Shown here: one piece after another, positions 1 to 12,280 of the stretch
How the letters are laid out: each line of letters opens with the position of its first letter
Position numbering within the stretch: the stretch's first letter is position 1
Assembly: GCF_006345805.1 (NCBI RefSeq)
Contig: NC_043001.1
Coordinates: 102,052,001-102,116,000, forward strand
Origin: Octopus sinensis
Lineage: Eukaryota
Length of the DNA: 64,000 bases
Direction: 5' to 3'
Notes under the pieces: model-generated
Told to the model about the DNA's origin: nothing
Databases searched by the model: none
The model's input: the letters and a program-made list of their open reading frames with translations, nothing else
Position numbers and translations under genes: made by a program

Positions 1-281
1 CCCTCTTCCTCTCCTCTCTCCCTTTCTTTCCTTCTTCCTCCTCATCTCTCTCCCTCTCTCTTTATCTCTATCTCTCACTCTCTCTCTCTTATGTTCTTTT
101 CCCTCTCCCTTCTCCCTCCCTCTCTCTCCATCTCTCTTACTCTCTTTCTCCTTCCCTCTCCCTTACTCTCCCCCTTTCCCTCTCCCCTTCTCTCTCCCTT
201 ATTCTCTCTCCCGTTCTCTCTCTCTTACTCTCTTCCTATCTCTCTCTCTCTCTCTTACTCTCCCCTCTCTCTCTCTCTCTC
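1..281. repeat. CT-rich polypyrimidine / (CT)n low-complexity tract
   Basis: Almost only C and T, with (CT)n runs; the ORF 91..309 is an artefact of it. Confidence 0.95.
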
Positions 282-874
282 AATAGTTCCAAGTAAATTC
301 CCGAACTAAGCTTCCTGAGTTACACTACACTAACTCGATTTCCTTGCTTTCTGAAGTGAGAGTCATGGCTGGCTATATCTCTGGAACTTCAACTTTAATA
401 ACTAAATATTCAACAGTCCATATTCTGCAATGACAATATTAGTAAATATTTCATTAAATATAACTGACAGAATTTAAAGAATCTACTGATGGTTATGGGT
501 GGTCACATTTGGAACCAGCCTGAAACATAGACCAAGTTTTCTCAATAACACACAACCATACCTCATTTACGTTTACCATTCTCTTGTGACATTAAGACAA
601 TTATGACAGAATTAGATGAAGATTTGCTACTGTACCTACTACTAATTTGTCAACATTCTTTAACCTTTAACCATTCTTTAACCTTACAAGAAACCAATCC
701 TGATTCTGTGATACAAAATTCCTGTTTCCAAATTATGTAAACTAAAACTTATTATTAAGATTTTGGGTTAACTTCAACTCTAGACACCATCTTAAAAATG
801 AGAAAGTTATTTCGCTAAATTCTTTAATATTTTAAAAACTAATTGAAATGAAAATAAAGATTTTCAACAGAAGC

Positions 875-1098
875 CATCAGCATCATTGTCGTCGCCGTTG
901 TCGTCTGCTTTCCATGCTGGCATGGGTTGGATGGTTTGACATGGAGCTGGTTAACAGGAAGCTTTCCAGACTCCACCTGTCTGTTGAGGCATGGCTTCTA
1001 TGGCTGGATGCCCTTCCTAACACCAACCACTCAACTGAGTTTACTGTGAGCTTTTCCCGTGCCACCAGCATGAGTTCTTTTCATGTGACACTGGCACA
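875..1098 (-). mobile_element. RTE-LINE 3'UTR-type short repeat ((GAT)n-tailed family)
   Basis: Contains the family signature CTTTCCATGCTGGCATGGGTTGGA...GGATGCCCTTCCTAA..CCAACCAC, which recurs about 20 times in the window; at 13757-14150 the same sequence follows an RTE ORF2 C-terminus. Confidence 0.8.
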
Positions 1099-1227
1099 TA
1101 TAATAACAAAAGTTATTACATGAGTTCAAAGCTTCCTGAGTTCAAAGCTTCCTGAGTTCAAATCCTGCTGCAGAAGATTTTTACCTCTTCTTCTTCCAAG
1201 AACAATAAAATCTAGTCTACTTTTTAT

Positions 1228-1525
1228 TTTTATCTTTCGTTTGTTTCAATCATTTGACTGTGGCCATGCTTGAGCACCACCTTGAAGAATCCTTTATTTT
1301 TAAGCTAGGTACTTATTGTATTAGTTTCTTTTGCTGAACTGCTAAGTTAGAGGGATATAAATACACCAACACCAATTGGCGGACAAACACAGACACACAC
1401 ATGCATTCATACATACATCCATACATACACACACACACATACATACATACAACCATTCATACATACAAACATACATACATATCTACATAGATATATACAT
1501 ACATTCATACATATATACACAATAC

Positions 1526-1584
<59 letters not shown>

Positions 1585-1755
1585 TACACACGCGCACACC
1601 CATATACACATACACACACACTCATACACACATATTCGTTAGATTCTTTCAGTTTCCATCTATCAAATCTACTCACAAGGCTTTGGTTTGTCCAAGGCTA
1701 TAGTAGAAGACACTTTCCCAAAGTTCCACACAGTGAGACTGAACCCAGAACCATT
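1228..1755 (-). mobile_element. tRNA-derived CORE-type SINE with internal (CA)/(TA) microsatellite
   Basis: Has GTAGAAGACACTT.CCCAA.GT.CCAC.CAGTG.GACTGAACCCAGAACC (reverse complement of a tRNA B-box plus CORE-like segment); sister copies at about 18690, 25185, 37640, 54085 and 56785. Confidence 0.75.
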
Positions 1756-2445
1756 TAATAACAATATGATCTTGTACCAAACTTAGAAATCCTAGATTCA
1801 CAGAACCTTCATGCTACCAGAAAATATACCTTGTTGTATTTCTGTCAGCTCGTTAACTATTTCTTTTCTCTGCTTGATTTCCCAAAATAATCTTTTTTTT
1901 CTACCTCACCTGATTTTATGTAACTCACCACACCATCACCACCACATAAATTGTAACCTTTCTCTGTGATGTCCCCTTCACTTTCTGAAATATTTAGGGT
2001 GTTCAGCTGGCAGAATCAGTAACGCACCAGACAAAATGTTTAGTGGCATTTCGTCTGCCCTTATGTTCTGAGTTCAAAGCATGGAAAGCAGACATTAAAC
2101 AATGAAGATGATGATTGGTGACTTGACTCAGGTTCATTCTTATTCCTGGTAGAATTTGTGGGGAGCGGGTTACAACTTGTAACCTTTGGCATCCACAAGC
2201 TTTCAATAGTCTTTCAAATGCTGAAGACCCACCTGATAAGCTTTCCTGTCCCTAAAAGGCAAACATTCTGTAGGAGCTCTACCGGGCATTCTATTCCAAT
2301 CTCCTTCAGCCATTTGTCTATATCTTTCTTTACTGTTCCCAATGCACCAATTATTATAGGCGTGGAATTTACAGTTCTCATACTCCAAATTCTTCCTATT
2401 TCAAATCATAAGGAATTATATTTTAATTTCAATTTTAAAAGAGAG

Positions 2446-2478
<33 letters not shown>

Positions 2479-2518
2479 TATTATTATTATTATTATTATT
2501 ATCATCATCATCATCATT

Positions 2519-2945
2519 TTAATCTGCATATTTGATGCAATCACTTACTGGGTCACACCCAACACCCTGGGGGAAAGTGAAGGTTAAGAGATGTTGAAAT
2601 ATAACTTAAAGCTTTGAGAGGAGAAGTGCAGAGAGCAGTACAGAAATATATTCATATAATACAATACAAACATTTAAACTGATAGAAATTTTCTAAGGAC
2701 GTGGGTGGTACTTGTCAACACAATCTTTTGGATATCTCTGAGATATGGTTCTCCTGGGATGTTGTCTAGATGTTTCTGACACCTCTTTTCATCATACCTA
2801 GGGCAGCCACAATAAAAGGAACAGTTTTTGCTTTAAGATGTCACATCTTCTGCATTTCAATTTTATTTCCAAGTTGATATATTTACTAAGTTTGTCAAAT
2901 TCTTTTACAGGTATATTTTTATCAATGGCAGCACTTACATCTATT
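2519..2945 (-). mobile_element. R4/Dong-clade non-LTR retrotransposon 3' fragment (RLE C-terminus + 3'UTR) embedded in (TAA)n
   Basis: Minus strand reads IIDVSAAIDKNIPVKEFDKLSKYINLEIKL, then after frameshifts ..VPFIVAALGMMKRG.QKHLDNIPGEPYLRDIQKIV..STTHVLRKFLSV*, typical of an R4/Dong C-terminus; (ATT)n tracts on both sides (2447-2518, 2941-3050). Confidence 0.8.
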
Positions 2946-2986
2946 ATTATTATTGATAATAATAATATCATTATCATTATTATTAC

Positions 2987-3034
<48 letters not shown>

Positions 3035-3799
3035 CATCATCATCATCATCGTAAAGAAGATAGAAACAGTATAACACTAATCTAGAGAAGGAGGGGAAGT
3101 AAGAGGCAGACTTGAGCAACAAGTACCCTACCCCTGTCCCCCCACCCTTCGTTTGCTCTGTTCTCAGTTAGTTGTAGCAGTCTGTGGAATGGTAATCAGA
3201 CTAGCAGCACCATATTGCCCACTATAATTTCCCATTTTCTTTGATGACCGTTTAATTTCACTGCAAATTTACTCTCAACTAATTCTCTTCCTCTCTGCAA
3301 TGATTGTGTTTATCTGATTTTCTCCATTGTGTTGATACAAAATGGATATTTTGTTATTTGATGTTCTCCATATTGGCAGATAAGAAAAATATAACTCTGG
3401 CAGCAATTAGATATTGCTCGCAAATATTGTGTATTTCATCTCTACTTTTGATATGTATTATTATTACTGTTGGACAACAATCACTAGAATCAGGCACAAA
3501 ATGAATCCTCACATCATGAGTTCAAATTCCACTGTGGCTGCTGTCACTTTTAATCTCTCATTCTCTAATTCCTTTACCTTATTTCAGTCACTGGATTGCG
3601 ACCAGGCTGGGGCACTGCCATGAAGAATTTTAGTCAAACTAATCAACCCCGATTTTCGGTTCTGTTTTTTTAAAGTTTGGTACTTATTTCATCAGTCTCT
3701 TTTTGCCAAACTGCAAAGTTACAAGAATGTAAATATACCAAAACCAATTGCCAAGCAGTGGTGGGGGACATAATTCCTCATACATAATTCCTCAATTTG

Positions 3800-4035
3800 C
3801 CTGATGTGCTCTCCAGCTTTCATCAGGATTTCTGGTGGAATTTCGAACCCAACCCTTTATTTGATTAATAGGATACCTTAGGAGTGAGAACAGAGCACCC
3901 CATTAATGAAATAAGTGTTGGGTTCAAAATTGCTCCAGAACACCTGATGAAGGTTGGAGGGGACATCAGCTGAAACATTGTGGTACCACAAACAAGGTGA
4001 CAGCACCTGTCCGTCCAATGTAAATAATGTATATT
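3800..4035. mobile_element. Inverted pair of Penelope-like termini with degenerate hammerhead motifs (diverged subfamily)
   Basis: Plus arm ACACCTGATGAAGGTTGGAGGGGACATCAGCTGAAACATTGTG; the minus arm is the reverse complement of the same motif; related to 12085-12451. Confidence 0.65.
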
Positions 4036-4391
4036 GATCTTCTTGTTTCTCTCTTTACTCAAAGTGTTTATTGGGCCCCACCTCTATAGTAAGACAACTA
4101 CCTCTGTACCTCTGTCATACACTAACCTCTCATCTGGCACACAGCCACTTTTCTCAGTTCTATTCTCTCTCTCAGCCAAGAGGTCTTCATCTTGCAAAGT
4201 TACATAGCAACACCGCTGCTGATGGTGCCATGTAAAAAGCACCTATGCCAATGCTACATAAAAACCAGCTGTTTCAGTGCCACATAGAAAGCACCTGTGC
4301 TGGTTCCACATAGAAAGCACCTAGTACAAGTGGTTGGTTAGGAGGAGATATACAACTGTAGAAACCAACTGTGGTGGTGGTGGTGGTGACC

Positions 4392-4586
4392 CTAGATTGA
4401 TGCTTACCTGATACTAGATTGATGCTTACCTGATACTAGATTGATGCTTACTTGATCCTAGATTGCTTACCTGATACTAGAATGATGCTTACCTGATCCT
4501 AGATTGGTGCTTACCTGATACTAGATTGATGCTTACCTGATACTAGATTGATGCTTACCTGATCCTAGATTGATGTTTACCTGATC
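4392..4586. repeat. 22-bp minisatellite, 9 copies (CTAGATTGATGCTTACCTGATA)
   Basis: Units counted by hand; one unit has a 3-nt deletion; no spacers. Confidence 0.95.
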
Positions 4587-4780
4587 AAATATACAGAGGG
4601 GGTGGGATGTGCATTAGCTCGAAGCCCTGCCATTAGTGTAGTGGCACACCTTGACAAGAAGTTCTAATCCACAGGGGGAGACACGGGGGTGGTGGTGACT
4701 TAGCCTGAAGAATATTTTTATGTTGAATGAAGTCAAATGTTTTGTTAAATCAAGAGCAACAACATTGTTACCTCTGTTCT

Positions 4781-4861
4781 CAAGGGCAGGGAACCACTAA
4801 TGTATGACAAGGGCAGGGAACCACTAATGTTTGACAAGGGCAGAGGACCACTAATGCATGA
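4781..4861. repeat. 27-bp tandem repeat, 3 copies (CAAGGGCAGGGAACCACTAATGTATGA)
   Basis: Units at 4781-4807, 4808-4834 and 4835-4861. Confidence 0.9.
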
Positions 4862-4899
4862 CATAGGTAAGCAAGTCTCCAGTAGATATAACTTTATAA

Positions 4900-5277
4900 A
4901 GTGAAAAGTACTTCTGCTGGTGCTACATAAGAAGTACCCATCCTGGCACCACATGAAAAGCTTCCATGCCAGTGCCACGTAAAGGGCACTCTGTACACTC
5001 TGTGAAGTGGGTTGTGTTAGGAAGGGCGTCCAACTTTAGAAACCATGCCAAAACAGACAATTGGAGCCTGGTGTGGCCCTCCAGCTTGCCAGCTCCCGTT
5101 AAACAACCCAATTGATGCCAGCAGGGAAAATGGATGATGGTGATGATGGTGATGACAGTGATGATGATGATGGTGGTGATGACTATGATGACGATGACCA
5201 TGATGATAGTGATGATGATGATGATGGTGATGATGATGTCGACGACGACGATGATGGTGGTGGTGGTGGTGATGATT
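4900..5277 (+). mobile_element. RTE 3'UTR-type repeat with expanded (GAT)n/(GGT)n tail
   Basis: GTGCCACGTAAAGGGCAC...GGAAGGGCGTCCA...CC.ATGCCAGCAGGGAAAATGG followed by ~130 nt of GAT/GGT triplets. Confidence 0.7.
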
Positions 5278-5873
5278 ACATATTATCACCGAGAGGGAAA
5301 AGAGACCTATGATGATGAAAGATGGCTGTTTACAACCGTTTCCATCGTTTTTGAAATATTGGAAGAGAGAAGAGAAGCTAGAAAAGCTGCCCTTTTTGAA
5401 GGCTAGACCATATTTTCACGTGTCTCCATGGATAGGAACAGATCTCTGTAAACAAGTATTATTCTATGATTAAATAAAATGCTGTTTCATACAATAAATG
5501 CCACTATTCTATACAATAAATGCCACATGATATTGTGCCATATAGATGAATTTTGCCGTAAATATTTAAAAGGGAGCCTTATATACAAAATGGGATAAAC
5601 ATGTTCAAAATAAGCAGAGTACAGTTCTAGTCTCCAGAACATTCTGTCGATGGAAATGAATATTGTTTGTTTTAAAATAAATGTCATATGTTTTAAATGT
5701 CAGAGCATACGGGGGTTTATAAATAGCACAGAGAGTAGACAGAAATAGTGTAAAATTATATTAGATGCACAAATTAAATTTACACTCTCTGGAGTTGTTA
5801 AATTGAAATGCAGGTACTAAACTTAGTTCAGTTCAATCAGCAGAAATTAGCTTTTGTATTCAGAGGATGTTAG

Positions 5874-5909
<36 letters not shown>

Positions 5910-6012
5910 GACACACACACACATACACACGTACACACACACATGTAGACACACGTATGCACACACACACATACACACACACACATGCACACACATACAC
6001 ACATACATGTAC

Positions 6013-6044
<32 letters not shown>

Positions 6045-6315
6045 GCATGTACACACAAAGTCATACAACAAAGTTATACCGTAGTGCATATCTCTCTATC
6101 TCATAATCCATTGCTTCATGTCTTTTAGTAATTGCATCTTTAAAAAATATCAGTTTGGCAGAAGCCATCCAACTTCCCAGAGTTCATTGCTTCAAGAAAA
6201 TAAAACATTTGTCCCTTTAACTTTACTGCCATTGCACACATCATTTGCTCTCTTGGGGCACAGATCGGTAGAGCTGCAGATTGACAGTTCGGTGTCACAT
6301 ACTTGCTGTTGGTGA

Positions 6316-6694
6316 TTGTTTGTTTGTTTGTTTGTTGAGCAAAGCGGTCTTCGTCCCAGTGGGAGAAGTCCGAAACGAGGTCCTTTGCTATTTGTAAGAC
6401 CCGCAGAAGAGAAAGCAGGTCAACCCCCGACACCGAGAGCATCGAAGAATGGATGAATGTGCATCCAGGCTCAGCAGTTGCGTAGGAAGTCGGGGACAAG
6501 AAACAGGAAGAAAGAGTGAGAGAAAGTTGGGACGAAAGAGTACAACAGGGGTCGCCACCACCCCCTGCCGGAGCCTTGTGGAGCTTTAGGTGTTTTTGTT
6601 CAATAAACACACACAACGCCCGGTCTGGGAATCGAAACCGCGATCCTCCGACCGCGAGTCCGCTGCCCTAACCACTGGACCATTGCACCTCCAC
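6316..6694 (-). mobile_element. Full-length young tRNA-derived SINE with (ACAA)n tail and perfect 11-bp TSD
   Basis: Minus-strand head GTGGAGGTGCAATGGTCCAGTGGTTAGGGCAGCGGACTCGCGGTCGGAGGATCGCGGTTTCGATTCCC has A/B boxes; CpG-rich; TSD GCTGTTGGTGA at 6305-6315 and 6695-6705. Confidence 0.9.
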
Positions 6695-7153
6695 GCTGTT
6701 GGTGAGACATCATATTACTGGGCACCTAATGTGAACCAGAGCATAGACTTCTACCTGTAGCAAAGTACCCTACTGGGCCAGCAAATCTATAACTCTGCAA
6801 AGTGATAGAGATGCACTTAAATGATAGGAACGCCCACACAGGGACGCACAGACAGAGTTTATAATTCAACAAAGGAATATGCACACTGATAAAGATTAAA
6901 TTCCTGATGGTATTGTGTTATACTTGAAAGATATCCACTTGTTTTTCTGGGCAGCCGAAATCTTTGATAAATATGCCACAACCCATCTCTCTTCACAGGA
7001 TGTCTTCATCTTGCTTTTGTTTTCTTCTCAAACTATTCTCAATGGAGGCTGGTACCCACACCTCTACACCACACCATCACTGATAATATCTGGTCACTTT
7101 CAAGGAACATTTCTTATGTTCAATAATGTTGCTTTTTCACCACTTGTTGACCT

Positions 7154-7185
<32 letters not shown>

Positions 7186-8049
7186 ACTAATACACTGTTT
7201 CTCTCTGTTTTTTTCATGCTCCCTCTCTATCTCTTTCTCTCTCTCTCTCTCTCTCTTTATTTCTCTCTCTTTGAACATGCTAAACTTACTTTCCTAACCA
7301 CTCCAAGACAACCAACCCCACAGTCAAGCAAGACTATTGATGAGACAAAGCTCTTTGTTGAGTACCAGACTGATGTTGCAGATAAGGCTATGGTTTCATT
7401 ACATCACGTATACACACACACACACGCACACACTCTCTCTCTCTCTCTCTCTCCCTCTCTCTCTCTCTCTCTTTTTCTTATTCTGTTCTTCACAGCTGAT
7501 AACAGAAAATTTCCAGTCAGTTTTCCTTTCAGGTTCTGTGATTATCAAACTCAGCTTGAGAAATTCTCCAAACAAATAAACAAGCAAAAAGAAAAAAAGA
7601 ACAGAATCAGGAAAACCATATTGATGCTTCAAGAATTGCTGTATCTTTGCTCAAGTGGGAACACAGATAGAAGATAGAAAATTATAATTAAAACATGCTG
7701 GTCACATTTCTATTTTTAGTGCCTCTAGGCAAGAGGCATAAGTCTATAAAAACCTCAGTCCACCTGGTTAACAACAAATTCCAATCCTATTTTACAGTTT
7801 AAATTAGCCCTGGCCGAGTAGACCTATGTTTAATTAGTACTCTAAGCATTTTCCTTGCAATGTTTTAGCTTTTAAGATGAAGCCAACTCAATGGGTGGGA
7901 AGGCAAACCATTTACTGCCTCTTCAGTTTAGCTAGCTTCCGACCTCAAGTGAGCAGACTTTGTGCTTGCTTCTGTGAGGTGGTCCTTCAATCCATCACCT
8001 TTGTAATTTACTGTTAACCAAAGTTGGGATGCGTGGCGTTCAGTTACTC

Positions 8050-8497
8050 ATCATCATCATCATCGTTTAACGTCTGCTTTCCATGCTAGCATGGATTGGA
8101 CGATTTTGACTGAGGGCTGGCAAACCAGACAGTTGCACCAGATGGCTGCACCAGGCTCCAATCTTGATCTGGCACAGTTTCTACAGATGGATGCCCATCC
8201 TAATGCTAACCACTCCAAGAGTGTAGTGGGTGCTTTTTACATGCCACCGGCAAGGAGCCAGTCAGGTGGTACTGGCAATGACCTTGCTCGAATCTTTTTA
8301 CACATGCCACTGGCACAGGTGCCAGGAAGGCGGCATTGGTAATGATCACGCTAGAATGGTGCCCTTTTACATGCCACTGGCACGGAGCCAGTTGGCTGCT
8401 CTGGCAACGATCACACTCAGATGGTGCTCTTGGCACCCTACTAGCACGGGCACAAGTGCCAGTAAGGTGACGCTGGTAACGATCACACTCAAATGGC
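8050..8497 (-). mobile_element. RTE 3'UTR-type repeat carrying a tandem array of ~64-bp monomers
   Basis: (CAT)n tail at 8050, family body, then about 4 monomers GGTGCTTTTTACRTGCCAC.GGCAC..GAGCCAGT....GC.CTGGCAA.GA.CACGCTCGAAT. Confidence 0.8.
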
Positions 8498-10724
8498 GCT
8501 ATGGTTTCATTACATCATGTATACACACACACACTCTCTCTCTATATATTTATCTCTCTCTATCTCTCTTTCTCTCTCTCTGTGCCACTGACACGGAAAT
8601 AAATGAAAAATGCATTAAATACTACAAAACGTAGATGTAGGACAGACACAGAAGGACCGTAATCCTTCATCAATTATCAACCGTAAAATGCTAATACCCA
8701 GTTTCATGTATGAGCTGCACCTGCAAGTTTTGCACAGAATTAGGGCTTGAGCAAACAAGACAAGACAAGGTGAACGTATGAAATTCAACAAAGGTAATTT
8801 GAAATGACAGACGAAGACAATAAATAAAGCCTTTTGGCCAAACACAAGAATGATGGTTAACGCCTGACAGAAATCTTCAAATGGATATAAAAAGAGAAAT
8901 AGCAAGAGAGGAGAAAAAGTTGACCATCACGGTAGGTGTCCAGAGGCAAAATTACCTTTGTAATTTAGTTGGACTTGTCAGGGCATACACTCAACTCCTA
9001 TAGCTACAGAGCAACCATTACCCTAACTGCACCCCTATGAAGTACAGAAGAAGAATTTTGCAATTTGGACGAAGATGAGTAAGAATGGTGCAATCAATAT
9101 AGAAGTAGAAGTGCATTGTGACCAGTGAGGTATAACAACATCTGATGGTCTGGTTGATGCTGTGATAAACCTTTTAATGTTGTTCTAAATAGTGTTGAAA
9201 TTAACTGATCAAATATAACATACAAACATCAAAATTTTACTAACCACCCAATCAAAACAGTCACAGAAAAAAATGATGAAGATCCTAAAGAACAGATAAA
9301 AAAAACAAGTTTTCTGGGTCATTTAAGGCCTTAGATTATTGTTTCCAAGTATAACCCCCACTTTTTCCCTCCTTTTTCTTCAAAAAGATGCTGGGCAACC
9401 AGTGGAAGACTTTGTACTGAGTCACATTTTTTTAATTAATGTCGCATTAGAAACCTGCATTAAATATTAAGTGTCCAAATATTTAATGTTAATGAAATGA
9501 TAAATTATTAGAGATGTGACATTATTTAATATTTACATTTCTCAGATGTTTTGTGAGATCAGGGAATGACTTGAAATGTGAAGTTAAGGGACCCATTACA
9601 AGAAATTTTATCAATCCTTGTAATTATGATGATGACGGTGGTGGTGGTGATGAGGATGATGCTGATAATGATAGTGATGATGATGATGGTGGTGGTGGTG
9701 ATGGTGGTCGTGGTGGTGGTGGTGATGATGAAAATGATGATGATGATGATATTTTTGTTGTTGTTGTTCTTGTTGTTTACCTCAAGTCAGCCCTGATCAA
9801 GTAGATCTATGATCAAACATATTCCAACTGTGACCATCCCCTATTTTTCAGATATGATGTAAAAACCTGAACCACATCATTCGTAACTTTTTAAAGAAGC
9901 CGAGAGTGATTTGAGGAGATTCGTCTGCTACTTCTGGTAAGTCGGTTGACTATATATATATATATATAAGCTTCCTCCTTGATCTTAATAATATGTGCTT
10001 CTTCAAGTGGTCTTAATTTAAGAGTTCTCTTTAAAACACATGGTTGGTTATGCATCGGTTATTTTTAACTTTACAAGTCTTTCACTGGTAGATTGTCTGG
10101 CAAACCATTTCATGTTCTCTTGACATTGGTATAGATTAGTAAGGTAGTTTGATGTGCTGCACTCCTTCCCTTACTACTACCATGGTATGCAAGTTTTAAA
10201 TCCAAAAGTGGATTAAATATCTGAGACTGGTGTGTGTTCATACGATTTCCATTTTCCAGACTACTAAACTCGTATGAATGATATTTTTTCAATATTTAAT
10301 ATGGTGTAGATGTAAAAATATGTTTCGTCTCTGAAGATGAGGTTAATAGCGCAAATAATCATAGTTATATATATTAAATATAGAATATATTATAAAGATG
10401 TATCGTAGCTCTCCAGTGAAGTATGAAGTAGAGATTTACAAACGAGTATCATAAAATATATCATTTTGATCCAAATAAAAATTATTTTTTGTCAGCCACA
10501 AAAATAACAGAAACTTTGCGAATACAATGAAGTTCAAAAGTAAATACTTTAACCCTTTCACTGAAAAATTAAATTTTATGCTTATTCCAGTAATGGTGAT
10601 AGGTATTTACCAAAAACTAGAATTGGCATTTTTGGCAAGTCACATTGCTTCAGTAAACTTGGGATTTTCCAATAGCAAATTATTTCAAAGAATGACATTC
10701 CTCAAAATATATAGTTTTGATTGG

Positions 10725-10995
10725 CTCCCGTGCTGGTAACACGTAAAAAGCACCATCTGATCATGGTCGATGCCAACCCCACTCTAGCCCCTGTGCCAGT
10801 GGCATGTAAAAAGCACCCACTGCACTCTCGGAGTGGTTGGCATTAGGAAGGGCATCCAGCTGTAGAAACACTGCCAGATCAGATTGGAGTCTGGTGCAGC
10901 TGTCTGGCTTCCCAGACCCCAGTCGAACCATCTAACCCATGGCAGCATGGAAAACGGACGTTAAACAATGACGACGAAGAAGAAGAAGAAGAAAC
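10725..10995 (+). mobile_element. RTE 3'UTR-type repeat
   Basis: GTGCCAGTGGCATGTAAAAAGCACCCACTGCACTCTCGGAGTGG...AACCCATGGCAGCATGGAAAACGGACGTTAAAC with (GAC)/(GAA)n tail. Confidence 0.85.
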
Positions 10996-11279
10996 TGTTT
11001 TCCGCAGTAAAGAGGTTATGATATTCTGATTGGATATATTTGCTTACTGCAACAAACAGTTTCAATAAGGAAACATCTGAAATCCAAGAAAACTGATGGC
11101 CATTGTCTGTGTCAGCAATGATTAATGCTTAAATGTTTGTAGATAAAATTAAATTGCAAATGGGTTAATTTGCTGCAAGGATTGAAAATGTTAAGGTTTC
11201 AGGCATTTGTTGTGGTTCCTTATTAGTAACATTCTACCCTGTCACCTTCAGAGAAGCAATATTAGAGCAAATAATAAGG

Positions 11280-11500
11280 GTGGTGGTGAGCTGGCTGAAT
11301 TGTTAGAATACAAGACAAAATGCTTAGCAGCATTTCACCCATCTTGACATTCTGAGTTCAAGTCCTGCCAAGGTCGAGTTTGCCTTTCATCATTTCAGGG
11401 TGAATTAAATAAGGACCAGTTGAACACTGGGGTCAATGTAATCGACTTAACCCTTCCCTAAAATTGCTGGCCTTGTGCCAAAGTCTGAAACCAATAATGG
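11280..11500 (+). mobile_element. tRNA-derived SINE (GGCGAGCTGGCAGAA family), older copy
   Basis: GGTGAGCTGGCTGAATTGTTAG...TTCTGAGTTCAAGTCCTGCC..GTCGAGTTTGCCTTTCATC..AAATAAG.ACCAG, the same family as 15222, 17236, 22775, 33020, 39165, 41205 and 46630. Confidence 0.8.
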
Positions 11501-12084
11501 AGCAAAAATAGTGACTCAAACAAGCTTCTACTGGTCACTCCACTTGCCAGAAATAACAATCTACATCTAATCATATTATGCTGTCTTCGACAAGAAGGAC
11601 ACATTAGATGATGTAGTCCTTGATTCACTATGCCAAGCAAAAAGTGAAGAAGGGCAAGGCTGCAATATTTTGGCCCTAGGCTAATTTATTCAAGTAGAGA
11701 CAACCTGGAAATTAAAGAATCACTCAACAAACCAAAAAGAACTTCAGAATTCATCAACTGATTCGAAATACATCAAATAGAAAATTCTACAAGATCACAA
11801 AGAGACAAACCGATTCCAAAGACTTACAATATGCATAATGAGTTGCTTCAGCTGTATGAACAAACAAAAGGTAATCACTTTACCCGAATATTTTGGGTCT
11901 TTGATAAGGAATTTTTCCCAGGTACAAGTTCAAAAATTGGGTAAAACCTTGAACAGAGCTGCAAAGGAATGTCTGTACTGCAGCTGAACCTTCTAAATGC
12001 ACATAAATGCTACATTAAGGAACATTGGGACACTTATCTAGCAGAAACATGTTGGATTAGAATCTAATGTGAACTTAATGCAAC

Positions 12085-12246
12085 TATTATTTACATTATT
12101 TAGATTTGATGGATATTTGTCTTCATCTTGTTTGTTGTTAACACAACAATTCGGCTGATATACCCTCCAGCCTTCATCAGGTGTCTTGGGGAAATTTCGA
12201 ACCTAGGTTCTCATTCCTAAGGTATTTTTCAATGTTACCATCATCA

Positions 12247-12280
<34 letters not shown>

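Noticed and set aside
4392-4586. CRISPR-like array
   Set aside because: Head-to-tail units with no unique spacers, no cas genes, eukaryotic context.
6140-6616. 158-aa minus-strand ORF
   Set aside because: Lies mostly within the TSD-flanked SINE and reads through its tail; no recognisable domain.
7126-7677. 183-aa ORF and nearby strong acceptor (TTCTTCACAG at ~7497)
   Set aside because: The frame is largely (CT)n/(CA)n-derived, with no recognisable homology and no convincing donor.
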